In this document: piece by piece, positions 33,145 to 40,746 of the stretch
Numbering within the stretch: position 1 is the first letter of the stretch
Layout of the letters: each line of letters starts with the position of its first letter
Virus record (IMG/VR): IMGVR_UViG_3300029811_000005
Span: 1 to 41,503 of that record
Strand: one strand, 5' to 3'
Origin: a virus
Length of the DNA: 41,503 nt
The notes under the pieces: generated by a model
The model's database searches: none
What the model saw: only the letters and a program-made list of their open reading frames with translations
Told to the model about the DNA's origin: nothing
Program-made: the position numbers and the translations under genes

Positions 33145-34158
33145 CTAGCTCCTCACCGCTCTTAGATAAACCACCGCTTCCCTTAAATCCTTGAAGGCTA
33201 CCAACCTATCTTCGTTGGGATACAGAATCACCGTAGGATTAGCCACATGAGCACCAAAGAAGCCATGTTGCTGGGCGAAATCATCGTAGACCCCGTATGT
33301 CCCCGTTCTTATAGCCACACACTCGCTCTCGTTATAGCGATATTGTTCTATCGCTGCTATGTGTTGATGCTCAACAACTACCACCCTCGTTATAGGGAAA
33401 TTTAATCTTTGGTTTTGTTTAGGGCTATGAGTTAAATTAAAACTAGAGCCGAATCTTCCTTTGTGTAACCTCAGTATCGGATAGAGCATATTGCCTACTT
33501 TGAGATTCACAATGCCACCGTGCTTTGTATAAACTAGCTTTAATCTATTAGCTAGTTCTTTGTCCCAGTCCTCGCCCTCTGCTAAGGCAGTCCAGTAGTT
33601 ATGATTGCCAGTCCCGATACAGAGAATCTTCTCTTTAAGTTTCTTTAACGTCAGGACATACAACCCCTTCTGCACCGAGATGGGCACTTGGTTATGTGAG
33701 CTACCCACCTTCCCTGCTTCAATGATATTCTGGTAAGCATCACCACCAATATAGGCTTGTAACCCAAGTTCAGTTTCTATAAGCTCCATATCAGCCTGAA
33801 AGGAATCATAATCGCAACCAAACATCCCCAAATGCCAATCGGCGGTGAAGGTAATTGCTATTGGTAACTGTGTGTCTATCTTCAGGCTTATCTCGGTTGG
33901 TGCGTATTGATGAAGAGCCACCAAATTGTCCATACTCTTGATGACTTCAAGATGCTCTTCCCAGGATGCCTTCTTGCTTGGATATTGAGGTAGCGGTGGT
34001 GGTTTTACCCTACACGCACACCGAAAGTCCTTGCCTAGCTGATAACTCACCTCAAACCGCTGGCATAGCTCCATCTTCCCTAGATGAGTGGCGGCATCCC
34101 ATTCCTCAGCCCACTTTTTAGCTTCTTCAGTTCCTAATTCTGGTAGTTTTCGCTTCAT
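33145..34158 (-). CDS. Calcineurin-like metallophosphoesterase
   Basis: Ordered motifs FTADWHLG (DxH), IGGDAYQN (GD) and GTGNHNYW (GNH), plus a later LRLHKG. The track start at 34170 is GTG. ATG at 34158 is used here. Confidence 0.75.
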   Translation of the reverse strand: MKRKLPELGTEEAKKWAEEWDAATHLGKMELCQRFEVSYQLGKDFRCACRVKPPPLPQYPSKKASWEEHLEVIKSMDNLVALHQYAPTEISLKIDTQLPIAITFTADWHLGMFGCDYDSFQADMELIETELGLQAYIGGDAYQNIIEAGKVGSSHNQVPISVQKGLYVLTLKKLKEKILCIGTGNHNYWTALAEGEDWDKELANRLKLVYTKHGGIVNLKVGNMLYPILRLHKGRFGSSFNLTHSPKQNQRLNFPITRVVVVEHQHIAAIEQYRYNESECVAIRTGTYGVYDDFAQQHGFFGAHVANPTVILYPNEDRLVAFKDLREAVVYLRAVRS

Positions 34159-34348
34159 AATAAGAAGCACCCCGCCAGAGCAAAGGAGTTAATCTCTAAC
34201 GGGATGCAAATATAGATAAAGCCTAGCTCAGACTTCCGCTGTTACGCTGTCCACGCCTATGGTCACACTATCAACTTCTATCGTAATATCATCGTAGTCC
34301 ATAATCTTAAACATAATTTGTATACAATAGAATACTTTTTGTGTTCAT

Positions 34349-34392
34349 AAAAAGAAGGGGCAACTGTAGGAGCGACCCACAGTCCCCCCTTC
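34349..34392 (-). terminator. Strong intrinsic terminator T3: GAAGGGG-gg-ACTGTGGG-tcgct-CCTACAGT-tg-CCCCTTC + TTTTT
   Basis: Read directly on the minus strand. About 15 paired positions followed by five U. Confidence 0.75.
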
Positions 34393-34601
34393 CATCGTTG
34401 GCTAGTAGACAGTCCAGGTTGCGGTCCTGTTGCTTACTACTGCTTCTCTGCCCTCACTTAGGACGCACCTAAGGTTTTAACGGGTAGCCAGAAGCCAGCA
34501 TTACTTGGGAATACGGCTGCCGTTCTATCCCAAACTTGGCTGGCTAAAGAGCGGGGATTGAAAGCCGAAGCTACACGACATTACTGCCGTATTACCCGCT
34601 C

Positions 34602-34644
34602 ATAAAAAACAGCCCTGGCCAGACTATCCATGAATAGCCTGGCC
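34602..34644 (-). terminator. Terminator-like element T2: 11-bp hairpin GGCCAGGCTAT/ATAGTCTGGCC, then GGGCTG + TTTTTT
   Basis: Read directly. GGGCTG (34615-34610) can also pair with CAGCCC (34681-34676), which places the U6 tract right after a stem. Confidence 0.5.
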
Positions 34645-34710
34645 ATCCTACCAGCGAACCAATAGGAGAAATCAAGGGCTGTCGGTCCAGGGTTACTCGC
34701 CCCGGGGATG

Positions 34711-34740
34711 AAATAAAAACAGCCCAGATAATTCTGGACC
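34711..34740 (-). terminator. Terminator-like element T1: GGTCCAG-aattat-CTGGGCT + GTTTTTATTT
   Basis: 7-bp stem including 2 G-U pairs. It competes with the perfect 8-bp pairing CGGTCCAG(34741-34734)/CTGGACCG(34690-34683). Confidence 0.45.
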
Positions 34741-34776
34741 GATTCGGGGCATAACTTAACCACCCTATTGTCAAAT

Positions 34777-34805
34777 ACTTTATCACAGCCTAGAATCATT
34801 GTCAA
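34777..34805 (-). promoter_or_regulatory. sigma70-like promoter: TTGACA (34805-34800), 17-nt spacer, TAAAGT (34782-34777)
   Basis: It starts right after the stop codon of the regulator gene. ATTTGACAAT is duplicated (34807-34798 and 34776-34767). Confidence 0.5.
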
Positions 34806-34806
34806 A

Positions 34807-35274
34807 TCAATCCCGATTTTTAAGCCAACTTTTATAGTCAGTCCGCTTCCTTTGCTTGCCTGAAATATACTTAACCGCTAGCCTACATCTACGATATACC
34901 GCTTGTCTCTCTAAACTAAACAAACGACACAAGTCCCTCACCTCAACACGGTTAGCGTATCTTGCTATTATTAACTCTCCGTCGCTACAAGCCTTTAACC
35001 TAGCATCCAGTTCGTTGAATATCGCCAGGACTTTATCTTGATAGTAAATCTTATTGAGTGTCCGCTCGGATGCTGGCGGTGATGAACCCATACCCCCGCC
35101 GTTTATCTTGGCTATGCTGGTGTCTTTTAGTAATTCATAATCATTGTTTTCTAGGATACTACCGTCAGGGCTAATCCAATTCCCATCACAGATAATAGAC
35201 AAATGCTTTAATAAGAAGAGTATCTGGTCTTTTTTATAGGAGATTGATTGTGGTGCATACCAACTATTATTCAA
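34807..35274 (-). CDS. Sigma-70 region-4-like / ArpU-RinA-type phage transcriptional regulator
   Basis: The C-terminal ELIIARYANRVEVRDLCRLFSLERQAVYRRCRLAVKYISG matches the sigma region 4 HTH pattern. The size (155 aa) fits ArpU/RinA-type late activators. Confidence 0.55.
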   Translation of the reverse strand: MNNSWYAPQSISYKKDQILFLLKHLSIICDGNWISPDGSILENNDYELLKDTSIAKINGGGMGSSPPASERTLNKIYYQDKVLAIFNELDARLKACSDGELIIARYANRVEVRDLCRLFSLERQAVYRRCRLAVKYISGKQRKRTDYKSWLKNRD

Positions 35275-35278
35275 TGTC

Positions 35279-35479
35279 TTAAATTACCCGCCTCTTCTTT
35301 AACTGCTTATAGGCTTCGTTTAATTCCGCTTTCCAATCAGCGTGAAATTCGCAATTCCCCAGCCCGATATGTGCCATACGGTAGATAAACTCCAACCTGT
35401 CGTCCTTCGGCTCGTCCAAAAGCAAACTCCCCTCGATTACTTTGAGTGCCTTCTTTTCAATAGTTAATACTTCCTTCAT
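35279..35479 (-). CDS. Hypothetical protein, 66 aa
   Basis: ORF track. AGGGGGG SD. Confidence 0.6.
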   Translation of the reverse strand: MKEVLTIEKKALKVIEGSLLLDEPKDDRLEFIYRMAHIGLGNCEFHADWKAELNEAYKQLKKRRVI

Positions 35480-35489
35480 CTATGCCCCC

Positions 35490-36236
35490 CTAAAATTCCA
35501 TTACAGATTGCGAACATCTTTTAGCAGCGATTTCACAGTATCTCTCCTCTATCTCTATGCCGATGCACCGCCTTTGAAGTTTCTTTGCAACTACTGCGGT
35601 TGTCCCAGAACCGAGGAAGAAATCTAAGATAATTTGATTTTGCGTAGTCGTAGCTTGTATCATCGGCTCTAATACCGCAATGGGCTTTTGCCATTTGTGG
35701 CCAACCTTTTCGTCTGTATAGGCGGGGCTTGTAATCGCTGGGATAGCCCAAACATCCTTTCTTAATGCACCTAAAGGATTAGGCATCCACGCCTTGCCAT
35801 TCTTGTAAACAGGTGTTTTCAGTCTTTCTTTAGATTTATATTCTACTCTGACAGAATCACAATCAAAGCTAACTAACCGACCCTTTGAATAAAAGAGTAT
35901 TGGGTCATAACTAATACCGAACCGCCTCCTCTCACGAACCATTGTATTGTCATAATGCCAGATTATTGTGTTTAGCCAAGTAAGCCCTTGCGTTTTCAAT
36001 TCAAGCATAAATATATCGATAGTTGCCTGTCCGCAAAAAGTAAATAAACCACAGCCATCTTTAAGTTTCGCTACAACCAAAGACCAAATTGACCAATCCA
36101 TAATATCATTAGTATCATTGGTTACTTGATACGGCGGGTCAGTCAATACCAAATCCACCTTCGGCAATTCAGGCAATATCTCCCTACAATCCCCGTGATA
36201 GATTGTTACCCACTTATCCTGATAATAAGGCTTCAC
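35490..36236 (-). CDS. DNA methyltransferase (N6-adenine/N4-cytosine, beta class)
   Basis: LVLTDPPYQV (motif IV) near the N-terminus and ILDFFLGSGTTAVVAKKLQRRCIGIEI (motif I) near the C-terminus. GTG start overlapping the upstream TGA (GTGA). Confidence 0.85.
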   Translation of the reverse strand: MKPYYQDKWVTIYHGDCREILPELPKVDLVLTDPPYQVTNDTNDIMDWSIWSLVVAKLKDGCGLFTFCGQATIDIFMLELKTQGLTWLNTIIWHYDNTMVRERRRFGISYDPILFYSKGRLVSFDCDSVRVEYKSKERLKTPVYKNGKAWMPNPLGALRKDVWAIPAITSPAYTDEKVGHKWQKPIAVLEPMIQATTTQNQIILDFFLGSGTTAVVAKKLQRRCIGIEIEERYCEIAAKRCSQSVMEF

Positions 36237-36445
36237 TTTGTTTCATAACCCACAACACCTAAAGATTCACAAAACTTATGCCAAAAGACACTGTTCAAAA
36301 TCCACCCTGTTGTAGTTTCAGGTGAACTAAGTTTGAGTTGTATATCCAACCACGCTACCAGCTTCTTTTGTGCTGCAAGAGCTGTTGTCTCATGGTCGCC
36401 TGCCAAACTTATTATTTCATCCTCGGTCAGTTGCCATTCATTCAT
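36233..36445 (-). CDS. Hypothetical protein, 70 aa (QLTEDEII...AAQKKLVAWLD family)
   Basis: ORF track. Confidence 0.55.
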   Translation of the reverse strand: MNEWQLTEDEIISLAGDHETTALAAQKKLVAWLDIQLKLSSPETTTGWILNSVFWHKFCESLGVVGYETK

Positions 36446-36577
36446 CTATGCCCCCTTCTCGCTACGAATTACTTTATAGATAGGATTTCCATTTTCATCT
36501 CTAGCCCCACACTTTTGGCTAGAATAACAAGCTAAAGCGTGGCATACACCCTTTTTGTCAAATGAACATTTCTTCAT
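36446..36577 (-). CDS. Cys-rich 43-aa miniprotein (MKKCSFDKKGVCHALACYSSQKCGARD...)
   Basis: AGGAGGG SD 4 nt upstream. Its TAG is immediately followed by the next ATG. Below the track threshold. Confidence 0.5.
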   Translation of the reverse strand: MKKCSFDKKGVCHALACYSSQKCGARDENGNPIYKVIRSEKGA

Positions 36578-36586
36578 TTAGCCCTC

Positions 36587-36808
36587 CTAAAACCATAAAT
36601 TTATAATCAGCCAGCCTAAACACGCCATGAACACGCCAAAGAATATAAACCCTAGTATCTTCCCTTGCTCATAATAATGCCTCTCCCCTTCTATCTCTTT
36701 TATCAGCGGCGGGTGTTTCTGAAAAAAGAAGAAGCCTTGCGAGATGCCTATTAAGTAGGCGTGAACCTCCTCGCTTGTGCTGAATAATTCTTTAAGCGGT
36801 ATTCTCAT
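36587..36808 (-). CDS. Small membrane protein, 73 aa (C-terminal TM ILGFIFFGVFMACLGWLIINLWF)
   Basis: ORF track; hydrophobic C-terminus. Confidence 0.55.
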   Translation of the reverse strand: MRIPLKELFSTSEEVHAYLIGISQGFFFFQKHPPLIKEIEGERHYYEQGKILGFIFFGVFMACLGWLIINLWF

Positions 36809-36986
36809 AGCTTCTCGTATATATTGTTGGCTTATAAGCAGAACATTCTTTATTTTCCTTGTGGCATTTTAGAGTTCCCCGTCTATTCCTCTCACAATTA
36901 CCTCCCCACAAAGGATTAAAAAACCTACACATCGGAATTACTGTGGTTTCTCTATCAACTTTCGTTGCAGTTATCTCGCCTAACAT
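36792..36986 (-). CDS. Cys-rich hypothetical protein, 64 aa
   Basis: ORF track. Several Cys/His residues (MCRFF...GNCERN...LKCHKENKECSAY). Confidence 0.5.
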   Translation of the reverse strand: MLGEITATKVDRETTVIPMCRFFNPLWGGNCERNRRGTLKCHKENKECSAYKPTIYTRSYENTA

Positions 36987-37013
36987 TTCACCCCCTTAAA
37001 AAGCTCTTTAATT

Positions 37014-37214
37014 CTAATCATCGTCTGGTATGAAAACCCACTTACCGCTACAGGATTCACCCTCTGGCGTGGCTAACCAATCTTGGTGTTTTTGTGAAGA
37101 GAGGTATTCCAGTATCGCATCAGCACCAAGCTCATACACCTCGTAATCACCCGCCCAAAATATTGAATTTCTATCAGGGTGGGGATTATTCCAATCATCA
37201 GGTCTATAACTCAT
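37014..37214 (-). CDS. Hypothetical protein, 66 aa (DDWNNPHP...ELGADAILEYL...GKWVFIPDDD)
   Basis: ORF track. GGAGG SD. Confidence 0.6.
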   Translation of the reverse strand: MSYRPDDWNNPHPDRNSIFWAGDYEVYELGADAILEYLSSQKHQDWLATPEGESCSGKWVFIPDDD

Positions 37215-37274
37215 TTCGCCTCCGTCTCGGTATTATTTACTGCTTCCAATAGATGCTTTTTTACTTCGCTCCAA

Positions 37275-37643
37275 TTAAGCAATCGCCACGAACTGCCCTT
37301 TACCATTTCTTTGCCTTCTTATTGCATGTTCTCTCATATGTGGTGAATAATTAGCATAAATAGCCAAATTTTCAGGTCGATTATCATCTTTTATTCCATT
37401 AATATGATGCACATTTTCATTCTTGGTTAAATATCTACCTAGCTTTTTCTCCAAAACAAGCCTATGTTCCATAACATAACCATCACCATCACAGTATGGA
37501 TGCCCTGGTTTATAAACTCTTACATATCTAGCCTTTGTCAACCGCCTGCCACCCCTCCAACTAGGGTTTAATTTACCTCGTTTGCTCTCTCCCATCTTTG
37601 CTTTAGTTTCTTCCGTATGATGAAAGCCTACTGGTATACTCAT
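37275..37643 (-). CDS. HNH endonuclease, paralog of 24239-24847
   Basis: GGRRLTKARYV...MEHRLVLEKKLGRYL...VHHINGIKDDNRPENL. The internal ATG at 37643 overlaps the upstream TGA (ATGA). Confidence 0.85.
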   Translation of the reverse strand: MSIPVGFHHTEETKAKMGESKRGKLNPSWRGGRRLTKARYVRVYKPGHPYCDGDGYVMEHRLVLEKKLGRYLTKNENVHHINGIKDDNRPENLAIYANYSPHMREHAIRRQRNGKGQFVAIA

Positions 37644-38026
37644 CTTAATGTTGCCTTCAATTTCCTCTTTACTTCTTCCCAAGATTTATTATCCTTGCCG
37701 TCCATCCAAGCTGACCACCAGATTTCAACACCGTCACTGTTGATAGCAGCCTCTATCTCCTCACGGCAAACCTTAAAATATCTCCAGTAATCATCAGCGG
37801 TTTTGTCCTCTTTCCTTTGATAATGCCACTTAAACCGCTCAGGGTTTTTACTGTCTTCCATTAGCTCCTGTATTACCCTGAATCCCAGTCTCCTGTAAGT
37901 CCAGTCAAACCAGGTCGTTAACGGCTCGCCAGCGCCCGCTATCTCTCTTGCAAATAAAGACGGCAATGTATAAATATCAGCCACCATCTCTTCCCTTTCT
38001 ATCTCTTTGAAATGCTTATGCTTCAT
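37640..38026 (-). CDS. Hypothetical Trp-rich protein, 128 aa
   Basis: ORF track. Confidence 0.55.
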   Translation of the reverse strand: MKHKHFKEIEREEMVADIYTLPSLFAREIAGAGEPLTTWFDWTYRRLGFRVIQELMEDSKNPERFKWHYQRKEDKTADDYWRYFKVCREEIEAAINSDGVEIWWSAWMDGKDNKSWEEVKRKLKATLR

Positions 38027-38053
38027 TGAACTCCATTACCATCTGCCGATTTC

Positions 38054-38551
38054 TTAACGGTCATTCAAAAAACTTTCTCCAATTTTTTGACATACACTGA
38101 TAACTCCGCAATCATTCTGGGGGGCTATTGAAACGGCAACCCAGATTTCAAGTAGTTTTAATTGCGGGACATGGGGAAGCCAAGGTGCATTAAATAATAA
38201 AATACCCTGAATCCTCAGGATTCTACGCAACTCGCATATTAGTTTCATTCTCATATGACGTGCTATCCCCCAAGGTGGGTCACAAATAACTGTATCCGCT
38301 ACTCCCGTTTTAATCGGCAAATTATACATATCTGCCTTAATCATAGCGGGCATAAATTGGTCAATCGTAACATCCCCAAGAGTAGACGAACCTGAACAAA
38401 CATGAACCACAAACCCCTTGGCTGCTTGCTTTAAAAATTCTTCAACTTCGCTAGGCCAAGCCCATGACTTAATAAATACTCGTCTCCCTATCCTACGGCT
38501 TATATGAGGGTCTTTTATTTCCATCCACCTCTCCAATAAGGCTTCACTCAA
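38054..38551 (-). CDS. Small DPPW-motif methyltransferase-like protein (MT-A70-like catalytic motif)
   Basis: VVHVCSGSSTLGD (SAM-binding-like), then TVICDPPWGI (DPPW). The track start is TTG. An alternative ATG at 38524 has a GGAG SD. Confidence 0.55.
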   Translation of the reverse strand: MSEALLERWMEIKDPHISRRIGRRVFIKSWAWPSEVEEFLKQAAKGFVVHVCSGSSTLGDVTIDQFMPAMIKADMYNLPIKTGVADTVICDPPWGIARHMRMKLICELRRILRIQGILLFNAPWLPHVPQLKLLEIWVAVSIAPQNDCGVISVCQKIGESFLNDR

Positions 38552-38569
38552 TCACCTCTAGTAACTGCC

Positions 38570-38719
38570 TCATAAAGGCTCTCTTTTGCTATGCCAGCAG
38601 TATCTACAACTCCAATATAGCCACCAACCATATTCTCCATTATATCTTCGCACGTTATACCAACCCTTCTTACCGCACTTGGGGCACTTGTGGAATTCCA
38701 CTTGTCCTTTCTTTAACAT
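38570..38719 (-). CDS. 49-aa zinc-ribbon miniprotein (CPKCG...CRYC)
   Basis: AGAGGTGA SD 10 nt upstream of the ATG at 38719. I translated it by eye. Below the track threshold. Confidence 0.5.
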   Translation of the reverse strand: MLKKGQVEFHKCPKCGKKGWYNVRRYNGEYGWWLYWSCRYCWHSKREPL

Positions 38720-38725
38720 CTCTAT

Positions 38726-39271
38726 TTAATCACCTCTGGTAAATCCTCTAGCTTCTGTTTCTTTTATCCTTGCCTTGAGGCTCTCTATAAACTCCTCTAA
38801 TTCCAGCGGTTTGAATTGCTTAACCTGCCTTGCCTCGATCTCTATCTCCTCGTCACTACCCTCGCCGTATAGCTTGATAATTTGCCGCCGATATTCAAGC
38901 GTATTCCCTCGGAGATTGATGTTGCAGTTGTAGCATTGTGCGTGGCAACCTCTCTCATTAAAGAGATTAGCCCCGTGCCTGCCTGGTATAAAGTGTCCAG
39001 CCTGTAAAAGTTTGATATGGTAACGTCGGGAACAGGTTATGCACAGCCCAAACGATGAACAGCCAGTAGTCCTAAGACAATCACGCAGACGGATATACTT
39101 GCTGAATAATACCCACGCCACCTTTTTTAATTGACTTACCGTCTTACGCTTTGGTTTCTTTTGGACTACCTTGTAACGATAGGCAAACCGCCTGGAACCA
39201 GCAGTATTAATAAGCTCTATACTCCCCGTTAAGTTTGCGTTATGCGCTTTAGCTGTTATCTCTTTCTCCAT
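38726..39271 (-). CDS. ninG: NinG/Rap-like recombination endonuclease
   Basis: The pattern WVLFSKYIRLRD...CITC...LQAGHFIPGRH...FNERGCHAQCYNCN...GN..EY is typical of lambda NinG family proteins. Confidence 0.7.
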   Translation of the reverse strand: MEKEITAKAHNANLTGSIELINTAGSRRFAYRYKVVQKKPKRKTVSQLKKVAWVLFSKYIRLRDCLRTTGCSSFGLCITCSRRYHIKLLQAGHFIPGRHGANLFNERGCHAQCYNCNINLRGNTLEYRRQIIKLYGEGSDEEIEIEARQVKQFKPLELEEFIESLKARIKETEARGFTRGD

Positions 39272-39318
39272 TTACCACCTGTCATTTTGTTTACTCCTCG
39301 GCTATTGTTGCCTGCGCA

Positions 39319-39600
39319 CTAAACATCGTGGTTATCTTCTTCATTTACCACTTCTTTTGCATAATCCAACATCCCAGGTAATTCCTTAAAGTCACCATAG
39401 GCAACTGTTTGGTCATCTTCATCCCTTATAGTGATTTGCTTATATTCGCCATTCGGTAACTTAATGACAAAGCATATCTTGGTACGCCACAGTGTAAGGT
39501 CATCTCGTTGCTTTACAAATTCACGACAAGCTACTTCAAGATTGTTAACAGTGGTTCCACCACCTATTTGTATTTCAACCACTTTAGCTTTAGCCATCAT
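39319..39600 (-). CDS. Hypothetical protein, 93 aa
   Basis: ORF track. Confidence 0.55.
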   Translation of the reverse strand: MMAKAKVVEIQIGGGTTVNNLEVACREFVKQRDDLTLWRTKICFVIKLPNGEYKQITIRDEDDQTVAYGDFKELPGMLDYAKEVVNEEDNHDV

Positions 39601-39609
39601 TCACCTCCT

Positions 39610-39783
39610 TCATTTACCTTTTGTGCTATCAAACTTACTTCCCTTGTAAGTATCCTCTCGCAAACTATCAAGTTCCTTCTCTAACTGCCGTTTCTTTCGC
39701 TCATATTCTACCCAAGGCATACCGCCGTCTCTATGCTGGATTTCCAATATCCTTAAATCACGCTCTAGTTCTTCTTTAGTCAT
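39610..39783 (-). CDS. Hypothetical charged coiled-coil protein, 57 aa
   Basis: The internal ATG at 39783 overlaps the upstream TGA (ATGA). Confidence 0.5.
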   Translation of the reverse strand: MTKEELERDLRILEIQHRDGGMPWVEYERKKRQLEKELDSLREDTYKGSKFDSTKGK

Positions 39784-39983
39784 TTCTTCCACTTTTCCAC
39801 CTCACGACTTACCCCGAACCCGATGAGGTAAGTAGTTGATACGCCGATGAACCAGTCGGGCGGTTGTATCTTTACCCCATAAATCGCCAGTGCCAGCATA
39901 TAAATAACCACGCAAGCTATTAATGCCGCACCGAACATTACCGCTAGCACTTGCCGAGTCCACGCCTTCGGGTCGTTTGTCAT
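39780..39983 (-). CDS. Two-TM small membrane protein, 67 aa
   Basis: The internal ATG at 39983 overlaps the upstream TGA (ATGA). Hydrophobic stretches VLAVMFGAALIACVVIYMLALAIYGV and WFIGVSTTYLIGFGV. Confidence 0.55.
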   Translation of the reverse strand: MTNDPKAWTRQVLAVMFGAALIACVVIYMLALAIYGVKIQPPDWFIGVSTTYLIGFGVSREVEKWKK

Positions 39984-40354
39984 TTTGTTATCTCCTTCAC
40001 TGGTCTCCAGCCTTTCTGCCACATATCAGCCTCAACTCCTGTCATAGGGATTTCTACTTTACCCTTAAACACACACCGCTCGGCAACTATGGAGAGAACT
40101 TCCAGGAGAGTTGTTTGTAGCTCACTAAAAATCTCTACACTACGGTTAAAGTCGGGTAAATCCTTCCTCTCCCAATCCACGATTTGCTTGGTGAGTTGCC
40201 CAAGTGCCTCTTGTATCTTCTCCCTCAATTCCTGCTCTTTAGATACTGTCATTTCTTCAGCTTCAGCCTTGTGTTCAGCCGCACAACCTTCAAGCTCTAA
40301 CCGTTTACCTTCTTCTATAGCTTGTTGCCTATGAATAAACTCTTGCTCTGTCAC
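39980..40354 (-). CDS. Hypothetical acidic coiled-coil protein, 124 aa
   Basis: ORF track. ATGA junction upstream. Confidence 0.55.
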   Translation of the reverse strand: MTEQEFIHRQQAIEEGKRLELEGCAAEHKAEAEEMTVSKEQELREKIQEALGQLTKQIVDWERKDLPDFNRSVEIFSELQTTLLEVLSIVAERCVFKGKVEIPMTGVEADMWQKGWRPVKEITK

Positions 40355-40737
40355 TTGCCCTCCTCTGGCATCTCGCCACGTTTTAAGATTTCAACTTCCT
40401 CGTTTAAAATGCACCAACCATCGGTTCTCCCGCAAGATTCCAGCCATTTCCCTACTGCCTTCAAAGTTTCTTTATGTTCAGCATCGCCTCGCTTACGAAA
40501 AGCGACATCAAGCTCATAAGCATTCACCCCAAGCAGTTCTGCTAATCTCTCAAAGCTAATCTTATTATGGGCATAGTCATTGATAGCTTTCCCTACTGTC
40601 TTTAAGGTGGCTTTTTGAGATTCATCGGCTACTCGTTCTACTCCATGCTTAATGCCTAGAACAATCTTAGAATCGGGGTGATAATCACTACCCATGTATG
40701 CCTTGTTTAATTCTTCCTCTGTCAATAACCTACTCAT
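40351..40737 (-). CDS. Hypothetical protein, 128 aa, with internal duplication (ATLKTVGKAI / ETLKAVGKWL) and an HTH-like segment
   Basis: ORF track. ISFERLAELLGVNAYELDVAFRKRG looks HTH-like. Confidence 0.55.
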   Translation of the reverse strand: MSRLLTEEELNKAYMGSDYHPDSKIVLGIKHGVERVADESQKATLKTVGKAINDYAHNKISFERLAELLGVNAYELDVAFRKRGDAEHKETLKAVGKWLESCGRTDGWCILNEEVEILKRGEMPEEGK

Positions 40738-40746
40738 TTAAGCCTC

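Larger units (their letters stand above)
34349..34770 (-). ncRNA. Candidate ~420-nt highly structured non-coding transcript / regulatory leader (class unknown)
   Basis: Promoter at 34777-34805. At least six consecutive stems and three hairpin-plus-U-tract elements. No convincing ORF. Confidence 0.5.

Noticed and set aside
34581-34805. Overlapping 74-aa (TTG start) and 64-aa minus-strand ORFs from the track, inside the long gap
   Set aside because: They have no convincing SD and a non-ATG start. They overlap each other in different frames, and their sequence coincides with dense stem-loops and two U-tract elements. I treat the region as RNA/regulatory. A real small protein cannot be excluded without comparative data.
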